A DNA stretch of 64,000 nt from a virus. Taxonomy: Duplodnaviria > Caudoviricetes. A model generated the notes under the pieces. The model did not search any database. It had not been told where the DNA came from and saw only the letters and a program-made list of their open reading frames with translations. The DNA is taken from positions 1,017-65,016 of IMG/VR virus record IMGVR_UViG_2838967384_000001. The stretch is one strand, 5' to 3'. The position numbers were made by a program, and so were the translations under genes. How positions within the stretch are numbered: position 1 is the first letter of the stretch; each line of letters opens with the position of its first letter. Below, piece by piece: positions 24,571 to 35,784 of the stretch.

Positions 24571-27500
24571 ACTCCGCACAGTTGGCCTTCGACTTCACGC
24601 CGCCGGCACCTATCATTGCGCACTTTGACTTCGCTGCCCACGATCGTGCTCACTGGCGCGTCGGCATGGTCACCAGCCTGCCGTGCTTCTGCAAGATCGA
24701 AGGCGGCGACCACCGCTACAGCCAGATGCTGCCCGGCGTGTTGGAGGCGATCGACGACGGCCTGGCCAGCGTGCGTATCTACGCGGCGCCGGAATACGGC
24801 AGCTGGATGGAGGGCTATCCCTTGCACTTGGCGCTGGCCGTCGATGTGCCGCTGCGCAACCTCGGTAGGTACGCGCTGAACACTGACCTGCAGCGCATCG
24901 TCACGGCCGGCATGTTGGCGGACGGTGATCCTGCTCTGGGCGCTGAGGTGCGTGCCCGGATGGCGGGAATGCACGAGCGCGAGATTGCGAGGGTGGCATG
25001 AAGCTGGCCCTCCCATTCATCGGTTTGTTGATGCTTTCCTCCTGCGGAGATCGCGGAGCATACGTGGTCGCGCCAGCGTCAGCCTGCCGCGCAGCCTACA
25101 CCGGTCAGGCAAAGACCGAAACCGACACTCATATGCAGTGCATGCAATCCGGCGATAACGCATGCGGCATGCAAATTCCCATCATCACATCGACAACTTA
25201 CCGCGAGGTGGAGATTGTCTGCAACTGGAAGGAATGGAGATAAATATGCACTACGACCTGAGCCGCGTTGAGCGGCAGCATCTCGCCATCAGCCGCGAGA
25301 CCAATAGCAGCGCACTGGTCGTCACGCGCTGCGCCTGCCGGAAGTCCACTACCTCGAAGCAGTTGGTCCAGCACGGAAAGTGCGTCGCCTGCCAGCTGGC
25401 CGACCGCGTCGCCACGCTGCAGCCGGAAGACCTGGAGATCCTGCGCCACATGCTGGGCGCGACGGATCACCACCCGCGTGCGCGCTGGGGCTTCCGCAAC
25501 GAGTACTTGTGCAATCGCCGAGACATGCCTTCGATGGCTCGCCTGATGGCCGCAGGCTTCGTCCGGTCTGGCCGACCGCTGCTGTTCATGTGGTACTTCC
25601 ATGCCACGGACGCCGGTGGCCGCCTGGCCGGCCTGTCGGCGAAGCGCGCTGCTGTGGCGCTGGGAGCGCGGCCATGATGACCTTTGCGGGAATGAAAATC
25701 ATGGTAGACCACACCGGAATTGCCACCCGCCCGCCATCCATGATGCTGGCGCCGCAAGGCATCGGCCCGGGCATGGTCTACGTGTCGGACGCCGTGCGCA
25801 ACATGATGGACACCTGGATGCTGGAGCGCTTCGGGCGCAAGCACGTCGTGCTGAAGGTCGACGGCATGCTGGTCATGCATCCCGATGACATCGCGAAGCT
25901 TCGCCTGGCGAATGGCATAGAACCGTATCCCGCGCCAAACTCGGGCGTGTCGGGCCAAAACCACGCGTGGGGAGCGCGGCCATGACGGCGCAGCACACCC
26001 AGGGCCGCGCCAACGTGGTCTTCAGCGAGATCAGTCGCATGCACGGAAGTGCGGCGGTTTCGATTGGCGACCAGCCTGTCAGCAGTTGGATGCCGGCCGC
26101 AGATGCTCGCCGATTAGCCGCTTGCTGGAATGCATGCTCAAGCGCCGAAACTTACGATCTGGAGCAGTACGGCCAATTCTGGACAAATGGCTTTGTAATG
26201 AATGCCGCCCTGGCAAGCGAGCGCGATGCAGCACTGAAGTCGCTGACTGCTGCCCGCGCGCTGTTGCAAGAGGCGGCCGACACGCTGGGCGCCCACATCA
26301 CCGGCACCGGCGACAACTACGACGGCACGAATATTATTCCCCGCATTCTCGCCTTCCTGAAAGGTGGTGCGTAATGCGCTTCGACGACTCCATCCCCAGC
26401 CGCACTGAAGCGCTCCACGATGCCCGCAAGCAGGCCCAGGCCGGCGCCGAACGCAGCCAGGCTGACGCCGACCGCCGCAACGGCGCGCTGATGCGCAAGG
26501 ACTCGCGGTTGGTGCGCCTGCTGAAGGCGTATTGCGCGGTGCCGGACGACCTTCGTGATGCGTTCGTGGATCGGGCGGTGACTCCATGAGCCGCCGCTTC
26601 GGACGCAACCAGAAGCGCCGCATGCGCGCTGACTTGGCCGCCAAAGAATCCTCGATCACCAGCCTGGTGGGTAGTCGCGCTATGGACCAAGGGTTGATGA
26701 GCTCTCAAGCAGATCAAATATCGGCGTTGAAGGATATGTTGCAGGAGGTCCGCGAGATGGTCGGCCGCTGTGCGATTGCGGCCGGGGAACCGGTGATGAG
26801 CGACTACGCGCCACGAGTTGGGGAGACGTCGTTTCAGAAGGTTGCCTTCCAGCCACCATTGATTTATGCGGACTTTTCGATGCCAGACAATTTCAGCCTG
26901 CACGTGGAGACGATGCGATTACTGGATGTAAAGGCGATCGGTGATTCGATGCGCAGTCAAATGCACTGCAGGGTGGAGTTGAACGGTGCTGAAGAGGTGT
27001 ATTCGATCAGCGACAGCGCGCTGAACCGCATGAGCATTGGCGAACTTGAAAACCGTCTTGTGCCGGAGATAGCGAAGGTGCTGTCGCATCAGCTGGTTGG
27101 GCAGATCATTGCCAAGCGGCGCGGGAGGTTTGCATGACCGCGCAACTCGACTGGATCGAGCAGCAGGCTCCAGCCTACGCGCCGGAGGATCTCGCCGCCA
27201 TCGATGACTCCCTAGGGCATTTTCCGGAATGGTCGACCGACCGCGCCGCCGAAGTTCGCGCCTCGCTGCTGAAGCACCGCGCGGCGCTTCTCGGCCAGTG
27301 CGGCGCCGGCGCGGCGATCCCAGCGGACGTCCGTTTCAAGGAAAGTCACACCCCGTACAAGCTGGACATCGCCGGCCGGCCAGCGCAGCACCACGCGTGG
27401 GCTATATCGGACTCGTACATGGAAATGTCCGGAGGCTACGGCGAAACTCCGGAGCAGGCCCGCGCCGACGCCATGGTTGGGCTGATGTTGGACATCAATG

Positions 27501-27909
27501 AGACGTCGACGGGGAGGGTTGCGCCTTGAGCCGCCGTTCCTGTGCACCATCGCCCGGCCAGCTTCCGTTGGTTTTCGATCTTTTTGCTGTGCCGAACGAC
27601 TCGGGCGTCTACCTCGAATGCGAGAAACTTTCGTTCTCATCTAAGGGCGGCCGCCCATCAGCGGAGATTCGGATTGCCAATGCACCTTTTGGTTTCTGCT
27701 GGGGAACTCAAGTCATGTTTTCCGCTGGCGGCTTTGCCCATATGCCCAACGAGAAGGACCTCCAGAGTGGCGAGTTCGCATCGACGCGCACGGACGCATT
27801 GCGCCGTGCCTGCGCAAGCATTTTGCGCCGAATCGGCGGCGATCAGGTGGGCGGCGGCGCGAAGGAAGTCGCTGCAGTTCGCGCTTGGGTTGAGGGCCTG
27901 TGCGCATGA
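24567..27909 (+). other. Cluster of small, translationally coupled nin-like hypothetical genes
   Basis: Successive ATGA/TAATG overlaps (e.g. 24567, 25982, 26374, 26586, 27134); no recognisable families. Confidence 0.6.
24998..25243 (+). CDS. Small lipoprotein
   Basis: MKLALPFIGLLMLSSC lipobox. Confidence 0.6.
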   Translation: MKLALPFIGLLMLSSCGDRGAYVVAPASACRAAYTGQAKTETDTHMQCMQSGDNACGMQIPIITSTTYREVEIVCNWKEWR

Positions 27910-28604
27910 GGCGGTCACCGATGCCGCCGCGCAGCGCGCCCATGAAAGCCAACGCGTTCGCGCGCGGCGAGCGCATCGAGGCCCGCGAGATCGCGAAGGC
28001 CAAGGTGGAACGCGAGAAGAAGCACAAGTGCGCTGTGCGGACCTGCCGCGCCGAGTTCGTCCGGCCGCAGCCGTTCGTTACCTGGTGCTCGCCGGAATGC
28101 GGCACGGTCCTGGCGCTGGCGAAGATCGAGAAGCAGCGCCAGGCCGCTGGGAAAGCTGAGCGCAAGTCCGACAAGGAGAAGCTGGAAAAGTTCAAGCGCA
28201 GGGCCGATCACGTCGCCGACTGCCAGAAGGCATTCAACGCCTGGGTACGGTTCCGAGACCGCAAAGAGCCGTGCATCGACTGCGGTCGTCGCGCCGGCGC
28301 CGGCTCGCTCACCGGTGGCGACTGGGATGCTGGTCACTACCTCTCGCGCGGTAGCCATCCGCACCTGCGCTTCGACGTGCGGAACGTGTTCAAGCAGCTG
28401 AAGGGCTGCAACCGGCCGGGCGGTACCACGGCGGCATCGTTCCGCGCCGGCGTCATCGCGCGCATCGGCCTGGCCGCCGTCGAGGCGCTGGAGGCAGACA
28501 ACGAGCCGCGCAAGTACTCGGTCGACCAGCTGATTGCCATGACCGCGCACTACAAGCAATTACTGAAAAACCTGAAAGCCGCCGCCGACACGGCGCCGGC
28601 ATAA
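27906..28604 (+). CDS. ninG: NinG/Rap-family endonuclease
   Basis: WCSPECG, QKAFNAWVRFRD..PCIDCG, WDAGHYLSRGSHPHLRFD. Confidence 0.9.
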   Translation: MRRSPMPPRSAPMKANAFARGERIEAREIAKAKVEREKKHKCAVRTCRAEFVRPQPFVTWCSPECGTVLALAKIEKQRQAAGKAERKSDKEKLEKFKRRADHVADCQKAFNAWVRFRDRKEPCIDCGRRAGAGSLTGGDWDAGHYLSRGSHPHLRFDVRNVFKQLKGCNRPGGTTAASFRAGVIARIGLAAVEALEADNEPRKYSVDQLIAMTAHYKQLLKNLKAAADTAPA

Positions 28605-28622
28605 CCATTGAACGGATGAGAC

Positions 28623-31262
28623 ATGAGTGCATTTAGCCCTGAAGAACAAAAATTGCTGATCCAGGCCGAGTACGGTCAGTTCCTGCGCGAGAAAATAAAG
28701 ATGGCCCCACTGAAGGGCTTCGACCTGCCGCTGGAGCAGATCAACCCAGCGTTGAAGCCACACACCCGAGACCTGGTGCGCTGGGGCTTGGCTGGCGGCC
28801 AACGCGGTATCTTCGCCAGCTTTGGCCTGCACAAGACCGCCACCAACATCGAAATCATGCGCCTGATCGGCATCCACCGGCCGGGCCTGCGCCTGATCGT
28901 GTTGCCGCTGGGCGTTCGCCAGGAGTTCGTGCGCGAGGCCGCGAAGCGCTTCACCGGCGAGTATGCGGTGAAGCTGCAGTTCATCCGGACGACCGCCGAG
29001 ATGGTCGACTCGGACGTCATCTACATGACGAACTACGAGTCCGTCCGCGAAGGCAAGATCGATGTCGCGCTGTGCCGCGCGGTGGCGCTCGACGAGGCGG
29101 CCGTGCTGCGCAGCTACGGTAGCAAGACGTTTCAAGAGTTCCTGCCGATGTTCGAAAGCGTCGAGTTCAAGTTCGTATTCACGGCCACGCCGAGCCCTAA
29201 CCGCTTGAAGGAGCTGATCCACTACGCCGGCTTCCTAGGCGTCATGGACACCGGCCAGGCCCTGACGCGATTCTTCCAGCGCGACAGCGAGAAGGCAGGG
29301 AATTTGACCCTCTACCCGCACAAGGAGCAGGAATTTTGGCTATGGGTGGCCAGCTGGGCGGCCTACCTGCAAAAACCGAGCGACCTGGGCCATTCCGACG
29401 AAGGTTACGCGCTGCCGCCGCTGGACCTGCAGGTGCACGAGCTGGCCAGCAACTACGAAGCCGCAGGCGCCGAGAAGAACGGCCAGGGCCTGCTGATCCC
29501 GAACGTGGCCATGGGCCTGTCGGCGGCAGCCGGCGAGAAACGCGAGAGTTTGGCTGACCGCGTGGCCAAGGCCGTCGAGTTGGTCCGGGCGCGCGTGTCT
29601 GGCGAGCAGGCAATCGTCTGGTGCGACCTGAATGATGAGCAGCGGGCGCTGGAGAAGGCGCTGGCCGCCGCTGGCGTCACGGTTTCGTCGCTGGACGGCA
29701 GTCAAGACCCGGACCACCGTGAGCAGCTGATGGACGACTGGCGTGAGCGCCGCACTGACGTGTTCTTGTCGAAGCCGGTGATGTACGGCGCCGGCCCGAA
29801 CCTGCAGCAGTGCCAGCTGATGATATTCACGGGCATCGGCTTCAAATTCGCGGACTTCATTCAGGCGATACACCGCATCTTCCGCTTCGGCCAAGACGGC
29901 ACCTGCCGCGTTCACATCCTGCATACCGAGGTGGAGCGGGCTGTGCTGGCCAGCCTGATGGAGAAGTGGCGCCTGCACGATGATGCCCAGGCCATGATGG
30001 GCGAGATCATCCGCACCTACGGGCTGGACAAGCTGTCGATGCAGGACACGCTGGCGCGCACTATCGGCGTGAAACGCCAGGTTGCCGTCGGCGAGCACTT
30101 CACCGTCGCGAACAACGACTGCGTGCTGGAGGCGTTGGAGCAGTCGGATAACTCCGTCGGCATGATCCTGACGTCGATTCCATTCGGAAATCAATATGAA
30201 TACAGCCCCAGCTACAACGACTTCGGGCACACGCAGGACAACGCGCAGTTCTGGCGCCAGATGGATTTCCTGACACCGCAGTTGCTGCGCATCCTCCAGC
30301 CCGGCCGCATCTACGCCTGCCACGTGAAGGACCGGATCCTGTTCGGCAATGTGACCGGCGCCGGTATCCCGACGGTCAGCCCATTCCACGCCGAGGCGAT
30401 ATTCCACGGCCAGCAGCACGGCTTCGACTACATGGGCATGATCACGGTCGTGACCGATGTGGTGCGCGAGAACAACCAGACCTACCGCCTGGGCTATTCC
30501 GAGGTCTGTAAGGACGGCACGAAGATGGGCGTCGGCATGCCGGAGTACATCCTGTTGTTCCACAAGCCGCAGACCGACCGTTCGCGCGGCTATGCCGATG
30601 TGCCTGTCACAAAGGCCAAGCCGCTGTGTCAGGCCGATGATGGCACGCCAGTGGACTTCGACCGGACCCTGCCACCAATCCCCGGCACGGGGTACACCGT
30701 CGCTCGCTGGCAGGTAGATGCGCATGCATTCTGGCGCTCGAGCGGAAACCGTCTGCTGGGCGCGGCCGAGCTGGCCAGCTACGGCCCGGCCAAGCTGGCC
30801 AAGATGTTCACCGAGCTGTCGCTGACCAACGTCTACGACTACGAGCTGCACGTCGGCGTCGGCGAGCACATGCTGGCCAGTAAGTCGCTGCCGGCCACCT
30901 ACATGAGCCTGGCGCCCGGCAGCAGCGATCCGATGGTCTGGCACGACATCGTCCGCATGCGAACCCTGAACGGCGAGCAGTCGGCGCGCGCGGTCGAGAA
31001 GCACGTTTGCCCTTTCCAAGTCGATGTCGTCGACCGCCTGATCCTGCGCTACACGAACCCGGGCGAGAAGGTCTATGACCCGTTCAGCGGCCTCGGCACG
31101 GTGCCGGTGCGCGCCGTGAAGCTGCGGCGCGATGGCGGCGGATCCGAGCTCAGCACCAGCTACTTCGCCGACCAGGTGCACTACTGCCAAGCCGCCGAGC
31201 GCGAAATCAGCATCCCGACGCTGTTCGACCTGGTGGCGCTCGACCAGGAGAATGCATCGTGA
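28623..31262 (+). CDS. SNF2-like helicase fused to an amino (N4/N6) DNA methyltransferase
   Basis: FGLHKT, ALDEAA, TATPSPN, GPNLQ, QAIHRIFRFGQ; C-terminal TSIPF, HVCPFQ, VYDPFSGLGT. Confidence 0.85.
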   Translation: MSAFSPEEQKLLIQAEYGQFLREKIKMAPLKGFDLPLEQINPALKPHTRDLVRWGLAGGQRGIFASFGLHKTATNIEIMRLIGIHRPGLRLIVLPLGVRQEFVREAAKRFTGEYAVKLQFIRTTAEMVDSDVIYMTNYESVREGKIDVALCRAVALDEAAVLRSYGSKTFQEFLPMFESVEFKFVFTATPSPNRLKELIHYAGFLGVMDTGQALTRFFQRDSEKAGNLTLYPHKEQEFWLWVASWAAYLQKPSDLGHSDEGYALPPLDLQVHELASNYEAAGAEKNGQGLLIPNVAMGLSAAAGEKRESLADRVAKAVELVRARVSGEQAIVWCDLNDEQRALEKALAAAGVTVSSLDGSQDPDHREQLMDDWRERRTDVFLSKPVMYGAGPNLQQCQLMIFTGIGFKFADFIQAIHRIFRFGQDGTCRVHILHTEVERAVLASLMEKWRLHDDAQAMMGEIIRTYGLDKLSMQDTLARTIGVKRQVAVGEHFTVANNDCVLEALEQSDNSVGMILTSIPFGNQYEYSPSYNDFGHTQDNAQFWRQMDFLTPQLLRILQPGRIYACHVKDRILFGNVTGAGIPTVSPFHAEAIFHGQQHGFDYMGMITVVTDVVRENNQTYRLGYSEVCKDGTKMGVGMPEYILLFHKPQTDRSRGYADVPVTKAKPLCQADDGTPVDFDRTLPPIPGTGYTVARWQVDAHAFWRSSGNRLLGAAELASYGPAKLAKMFTELSLTNVYDYELHVGVGEHMLASKSLPATYMSLAPGSSDPMVWHDIVRMRTLNGEQSARAVEKHVCPFQVDVVDRLILRYTNPGEKVYDPFSGLGTVPVRAVKLRRDGGGSELSTSYFADQVHYCQAAEREISIPTLFDLVALDQENAS

Positions 31263-31480
31263 CGCGCCGCCGCTCCCTTACTGACGACCAGGTGCGCGAG
31301 ATCCGCGCGGCTCACCAGCCCGGCGTGCGCGGCGCTGGCTACGAATCGCTGGCGCGCGTCTATGGCGTCGGCGCCTCGACCATCCGAGACATTTTGACCT
31401 ACCGCTCGCTGTATGCCATGGCCGCCGAAAGTGGCGCGCCGGCCGCGCGCACCACTACTCAAGGAGCCATGCATGTCTGA
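31259..31480 (+). CDS. Small HTH protein
   Basis: LTDDQVREIR...LARVYGVGASTIRDI. Confidence 0.65.
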   Translation: MTRRRSLTDDQVREIRAAHQPGVRGAGYESLARVYGVGASTIRDILTYRSLYAMAAESGAPAARTTTQGAMHV

Positions 31481-32147
31481 TATGTCCGACCTGCCGATCA
31501 ACACCGCCGCGATGCGCAAACTCGCGCTGGCGGCTACCCAGGGCGAGCGAGTCGCCTACGAGAAGAAGGCCTACGACGAGCACCGTGTCTACATCAAGGT
31601 GCCGGGCCAGGTGCAGAAGTTGGAGTTGTTCAAGGGTGGCTGCCCGGGCGATCACCCCAAGGAAGATTGCGACTACATCGCCGCGACGGCGCCGGCGGCG
31701 ATCCTGCTGCTGCTGGACGAGTTGGACGCCTGGCGCGCCAGCGCGCTGGCCACGCCGGCGCCGAAGCCGCGCGCGCCGCGCAAGCCGAAGGCACCCACCG
31801 ACCCGCTGGCCGAGTACTTCGCCGAGGTCGACCCCGAGGTGGTCAAGGACTTCAAGGCCATGCGCCTGAGGCAGAAGGCGGAGGTAACGCCGACCGCGCT
31901 GAAGGGCTTCGTGCGCGAGGCGGAGAAGGCCGGCATGACGTTGCAGGCGGTGCTGGCCATGTGCTGTGAGCGAGGCTGGCGCGGCTTCCGCGCGGACTGG
32001 GTGGCGCGCGAGCAGGCTGAGGCCAGACAGGCGCCGGCCGGCCGCCGGCCCGTCAAGTTCGACCCGGTGGCGCACATCAACTTGAATGCGCTACCTCGTG
32101 ATTGGGATGATTTTGACGACAGGATGGTCGATGTCACACCTCGTTGA
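31473..32147 (+). CDS. Ead/Ea22-like N-terminus fused to replication-initiator (O-like) C-terminal domain
   Basis: MRKLALAATQG...DYIAATAPAAILLLLDEL; DFKAMR...CCERGWRGFRADW; directly upstream of the P-like gene. Confidence 0.6.
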   Translation: MSDMSDLPINTAAMRKLALAATQGERVAYEKKAYDEHRVYIKVPGQVQKLELFKGGCPGDHPKEDCDYIAATAPAAILLLLDELDAWRASALATPAPKPRAPRKPKAPTDPLAEYFAEVDPEVVKDFKAMRLRQKAEVTPTALKGFVREAEKAGMTLQAVLAMCCERGWRGFRADWVAREQAEARQAPAGRRPVKFDPVAHINLNALPRDWDDFDDRMVDVTPR

Positions 32148-32889
32148 CGGCGCCAACGAATGGACGGCGCCACGCACGAAGCTGGAAGGGCTGTCTGTAC
32201 TGGACCACCTGTTCAACCGCCTCGACGGCATGTACCCCGGCAAGTGGCGCACCTATTTTCCTAGCGAGCAGTCCATCCAGAACTGGAAAGACGAGTGCGC
32301 GCGCGTCTTCGCGGAGGAGGGCATCCGCCCGGCGCAGCTGGACGTAGGCCTGCGCGAATGCCGGCGCCAGTACCGCGAGTGGCCGCCGTCGGTACCGCAG
32401 CTGGCCGACGCCTGCAATCCGCCGGTCGACCCCGTGGCCGCCTATCACGAGGCGCTGGCCGGCCTGGAGGCGCGCGGCAAGGGCGAGCATGGCGCGTGGT
32501 CGCACCCGGCCATCTACTGGGCGGCATCGAGCCTGCGCGCCGAACTGCGCAGCCAGCCGGGCCAGTTCATGCGGGACCGCTGGGCGGCGGCCCTGAAGGC
32601 GCAGCTGGCGCGCGGAACGTGGGAGCTGATCCCGGCACCGAGGCCGCAGCTGGCCGCGCCGGGCAAGTCGGAGACATCGAAGGAAGCAGCGGCGGCCGAG
32701 CTGGCGAAGCTGGGCGCGCTCGGCATCTTCAAGACTGCCAACAGCAAGATAGATGGCAGAGGCTGGGCGCGCAAGATCATGGACCGCTTCGCACGCGGCG
32801 ACAAGTCGCTAAAGCCGCTCCAGATCAAGGAGGCGCGGGTCGCGCTGGGAATCAACATGGAAAACGAGGAGGGTGGCGATGGCGAATAA
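32131..32889 (+). CDS. Replication protein P-like helicase loader
   Basis: DHLFNRLDGMYPGKWR...QNWK...WPPSVPQL...WSHPAIYWA. Confidence 0.7.
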   Translation: MSHLVDGANEWTAPRTKLEGLSVLDHLFNRLDGMYPGKWRTYFPSEQSIQNWKDECARVFAEEGIRPAQLDVGLRECRRQYREWPPSVPQLADACNPPVDPVAAYHEALAGLEARGKGEHGAWSHPAIYWAASSLRAELRSQPGQFMRDRWAAALKAQLARGTWELIPAPRPQLAAPGKSETSKEAAAAELAKLGALGIFKTANSKIDGRGWARKIMDRFARGDKSLKPLQIKEARVALGINMENEEGGDGE

Positions 32890-33553
32890 TTACACCGGCA
32901 TCGGCGACATTTTCGACCTGATCGCCGTCAAGCAGCGACTGGACGAGAGCGATGTGTTCATGGTCCGCATGGCGGTACTGACCTCGCTGGACGCGGCGAA
33001 GCGCGGAGTAGCGACCGGCAGTATGGCGAACACGCTTAGCCTGCACCTGTTGACCGCATGCGGTCTCTGGTCGCAGATGAGCAACAAGCCCCTGTATGAC
33101 GCTGGCGCCAAGGCATGGGCGGCCCACTCGAAGGCTCTGGCGCGGCCGACTGATCTGCTAGACCTGTCCACCAGCGAGTACTCCGCCATTCGCATCGCGT
33201 TCCGGCACTACATACTGGCGCTGCCGAAGCTGGAGATCGGAATGTTCAGCCGCGCGCAGGCCAAGGCCCAGGCAGAACTGGAGGGTTCATGAACGCGCCG
33301 CTGAGTCGAGACGAGCTACTGGCTGTGCTGCTGGCGCCGGCGCGCCGCGACCCCGAACCCAGCCGCGCGCTGCCGACAGCAGCCTACCGCGACCCTGCGC
33401 AAAGCGTGCAGCTGGAGGCCGAGAAAGCGAGGCCGGTGCGAAAGAAACCCAGGCCGCCAAAGGTGAATAAGAAATGGCGATAGTTGTACGTTTCACCAAT
33501 TCCTTTTTGATTTGCCTGTGTTAACCTTTGGCATTCTTCCCCGGAGCAACCAT

Positions 33554-34096
33554 ATGGGCTTTGCCGACCGCTACGTTTTCTCCCTGAATGCCAGCACGCT
33601 GCAGGATGACGAGATGCACCACGCCACCGAGCCTTTGTTCGCGGCGGCCGTGGCCGACAACGTAGGCGCCGGCATTGGGGCGCTGCTGTCGCGCGTGAAG
33701 TACGCGGACGGCTCGATCAGTAAGGTGTTCGAGTCCGGCACGCAGAACCTGGCACACCTGGTGCGCGTCTGGTCCGCGCTGGTGACCCAGAAGGGCGAGG
33801 AGCGCAAGTGGGTCAAGATTCGCGCCGAGTGGGATGTTGCCGCTGCGACAGCGCTCTACCGGCGCGTGGCTGAGAGGTCGCTGGCGCACTGGCTCGACGG
33901 CAAGTGCAAAGCCTGCAACGGAACTGGCGTCACGGCCGAGCGCCGGTTCTGTACCACGTGCAAGGGCAGCAAGCAGGAAGAGGTCGGCGGTCAAGGTTTC
34001 GAGCGTGACAGGGTGCTGGATATGGTCAGCGAACTGGACGGCCTGCTTCAGGCGCACAACGCGCGCGCCGCCGCCCGACTGCGAAGAATCGAGTAA
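33554..34096 (+). CDS. Q-like late antiterminator with Zn finger
   Basis: SLAHWLDGKCKACNGTG...CTTCKGS; located before the late promoter. Confidence 0.65.
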   Translation: MGFADRYVFSLNASTLQDDEMHHATEPLFAAAVADNVGAGIGALLSRVKYADGSISKVFESGTQNLAHLVRVWSALVTQKGEERKWVKIRAEWDVAAATALYRRVAERSLAHWLDGKCKACNGTGVTAERRFCTTCKGSKQEEVGGQGFERDRVLDMVSELDGLLQAHNARAAARLRRIE

Positions 34097-34157
34097 CGCC
34101 GCCGGCGCGCCGCCCGGCCAATGATCACCGCGCCGCCGTGGCGCCCAAGGAGTCGTC

Positions 34158-35045
34158 GTGAACGATCAACTAATTCTGGAGTTCGTCGCCACCAAGCAAC
34201 CGGTGCGCGCTGTCCAGCTGGCCGACAAGTTCGACGTCGACCTGAAGGCCGCCAGTGATGCGCTGAAGTCGCTTGTCGATGTCGGCGACCTGGTCCGCAC
34301 CGCCGGTACCGCGCCCAACGGCCAGCCAGCGCAGGTCTACGGGCTGAGCGCTGAGTTCGTGAAGTCCAAGGAGGGGAAGTTGCTGGCAGCGCGCATTGAA
34401 GGCGCACAGGCAACACTGGCCGTCGCAGTCGCTGCGCCGGTGGCGAAAGCTGAGCAGATCGAGGTGCAACCGTCCCCGGCTGCCGCCAAGCCCGCGCCAG
34501 CAGCGCTGAACAAGCCAACAGAACCCGCCGAAAGCACCGCCTCATTGGCCGGCATCAACCGCGCCGAGGCTGGCGTCGCATGCATCCGCCTGCACGGCAG
34601 CGTATCGGATGCCGATCTGCGCGTTGCCATGGGCCTGCGTGCCGGGCAGTATCCGTCAGCATGGCTGGGCGCGGCCATCAAGCGCGGCGACATCAACAAG
34701 GACGGCAAGAACTGGACGCCAGGCCCTGGTAGTGAAGTGAAGCGGCAGCCGGCCTTCGGTGGATCGCTGGGCCTGCCGGGCGCGACTCCGCACGTGTCGA
34801 GCGCGCCGCCGGTGCCGAAGTTCAAGGACTCTGCCGCGCCGCCTGCCGCGCTGATGGCAGGAGCGGATGACGAACCGTCCGTGTCTGCCGTGGCTGTGCC
34901 GCCGAAGTTCCGCTGCGGACTCTGGTCCGATGGCGTGCTGGAGCTGCAACGCAACGGCGTCACCGTCGCCGAGCTAGAGCGGGACGAGGGCGAGACTGTC
35001 GCCGCCTTCATGGCGCGCCTGCGCCAGCCGCTCGAAGCCGCATAA
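34158..35045 (+). CDS. Winged-HTH domain protein
   Basis: ILEFVATKQPVRAVQLADKFDVDLKAASDALKSLVDVGDL. Confidence 0.6.
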   Translation: MNDQLILEFVATKQPVRAVQLADKFDVDLKAASDALKSLVDVGDLVRTAGTAPNGQPAQVYGLSAEFVKSKEGKLLAARIEGAQATLAVAVAAPVAKAEQIEVQPSPAAAKPAPAALNKPTEPAESTASLAGINRAEAGVACIRLHGSVSDADLRVAMGLRAGQYPSAWLGAAIKRGDINKDGKNWTPGPGSEVKRQPAFGGSLGLPGATPHVSSAPPVPKFKDSAAPPAALMAGADDEPSVSAVAVPPKFRCGLWSDGVLELQRNGVTVAELERDEGETVAAFMARLRQPLEAA

Positions 35046-35073
35046 ATATTTTCTAAAGTTGTAGATTTTTACA

Positions 35074-35103
35074 TTGCCAAGCGTTGATGCACGTTGATAT
35101 GAT
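35074..35103 (+). promoter_or_regulatory. Candidate late promoter pR'
   Basis: TTGCCA-18-TATGAT with TG extension in an AT-rich gap after the Q-like region. Confidence 0.5.
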
Positions 35104-35247
35104 GGGGTACTACATACTTCCTGCGTGTCGTAATGTGGGCCTCACGGCCCCACCGCTAGCAGGGATTCGCGAGCTGACCGACCGATGTGTCTCCGCTCGC
35201 ATATACACAGTATGCCGCTCACTTCGCAGATAGCGCTGGAGCACCCT

Positions 35248-35278
35248 GAAGCCGCCCTTGAGGTGGCTTCTTTCATTT
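35248..35278 (+). terminator. Candidate tR' terminator
   Basis: GAAGCCGCC/GGTGGCTTC stem followed by TTTCATTT. Confidence 0.5.
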
Positions 35279-35499
35279 CGGCGCCACACCGCGAGGCAGC
35301 CATGACGCAAACGACGCACCCGAGCAAGCAGCTGGTCCGCGACTTCATGGACGCGCGCACGCGCTCCGCCGAGCCGCCGCCCACGCCCGCCGAGGTACGC
35401 CGCCAGCTGGGTTGGGATCTGATCCCGCAGAACCGCCAACCGGACCGCGCCGACGAACCGTAAGCCGCCCGGCCAGCGCGGTACCTGAAAGGATTCAAA

Positions 35500-35784
35500 A
35501 TGAGCTATTCGTTCAATGTGCGCGGCGCCGACAAGGCTTCCGCGAAAGCAGCCGTCGCGGCCAAGTTCGCCGAGGTGGTCGCATCCCAGCTGGTGCACGA
35601 GAAGGATCAGGCCGCCGTGCTGGCTAATGCCGGCGCCGCCATCGACCTGCTGGCCGACGACGACACCAAGGATGTTTCGGTCTCGTGTAACGGCTACGTC
35701 AGCTGGCTAGGCCCTGATGCATCCGCCCTGAACTCGGTCTCGATCGCGTGCTCGGCAAGTCACGTGGCGCGCATCGCCGCGTAA
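35500..35784 (+). CDS. Hypothetical phage protein
   Basis: AAAGGA RBS; MSYSFNVRGADKASAKAAV. Confidence 0.6.
   Translation: MSYSFNVRGADKASAKAAVAAKFAEVVASQLVHEKDQAAVLANAGAAIDLLADDDTKDVSVSCNGYVSWLGPDASALNSVSIACSASHVARIAA

Noticed and set aside
25662-25985. Repeated GGGAGCGCGGCCATGA at two gene junctions
   Set aside because: Only two copies of an RBS-stop-start linker; ordinary for modular phage genes.
29340-31190. 616-aa minus-strand ORF
   Set aside because: Antisense shadow of the helicase-methyltransferase.
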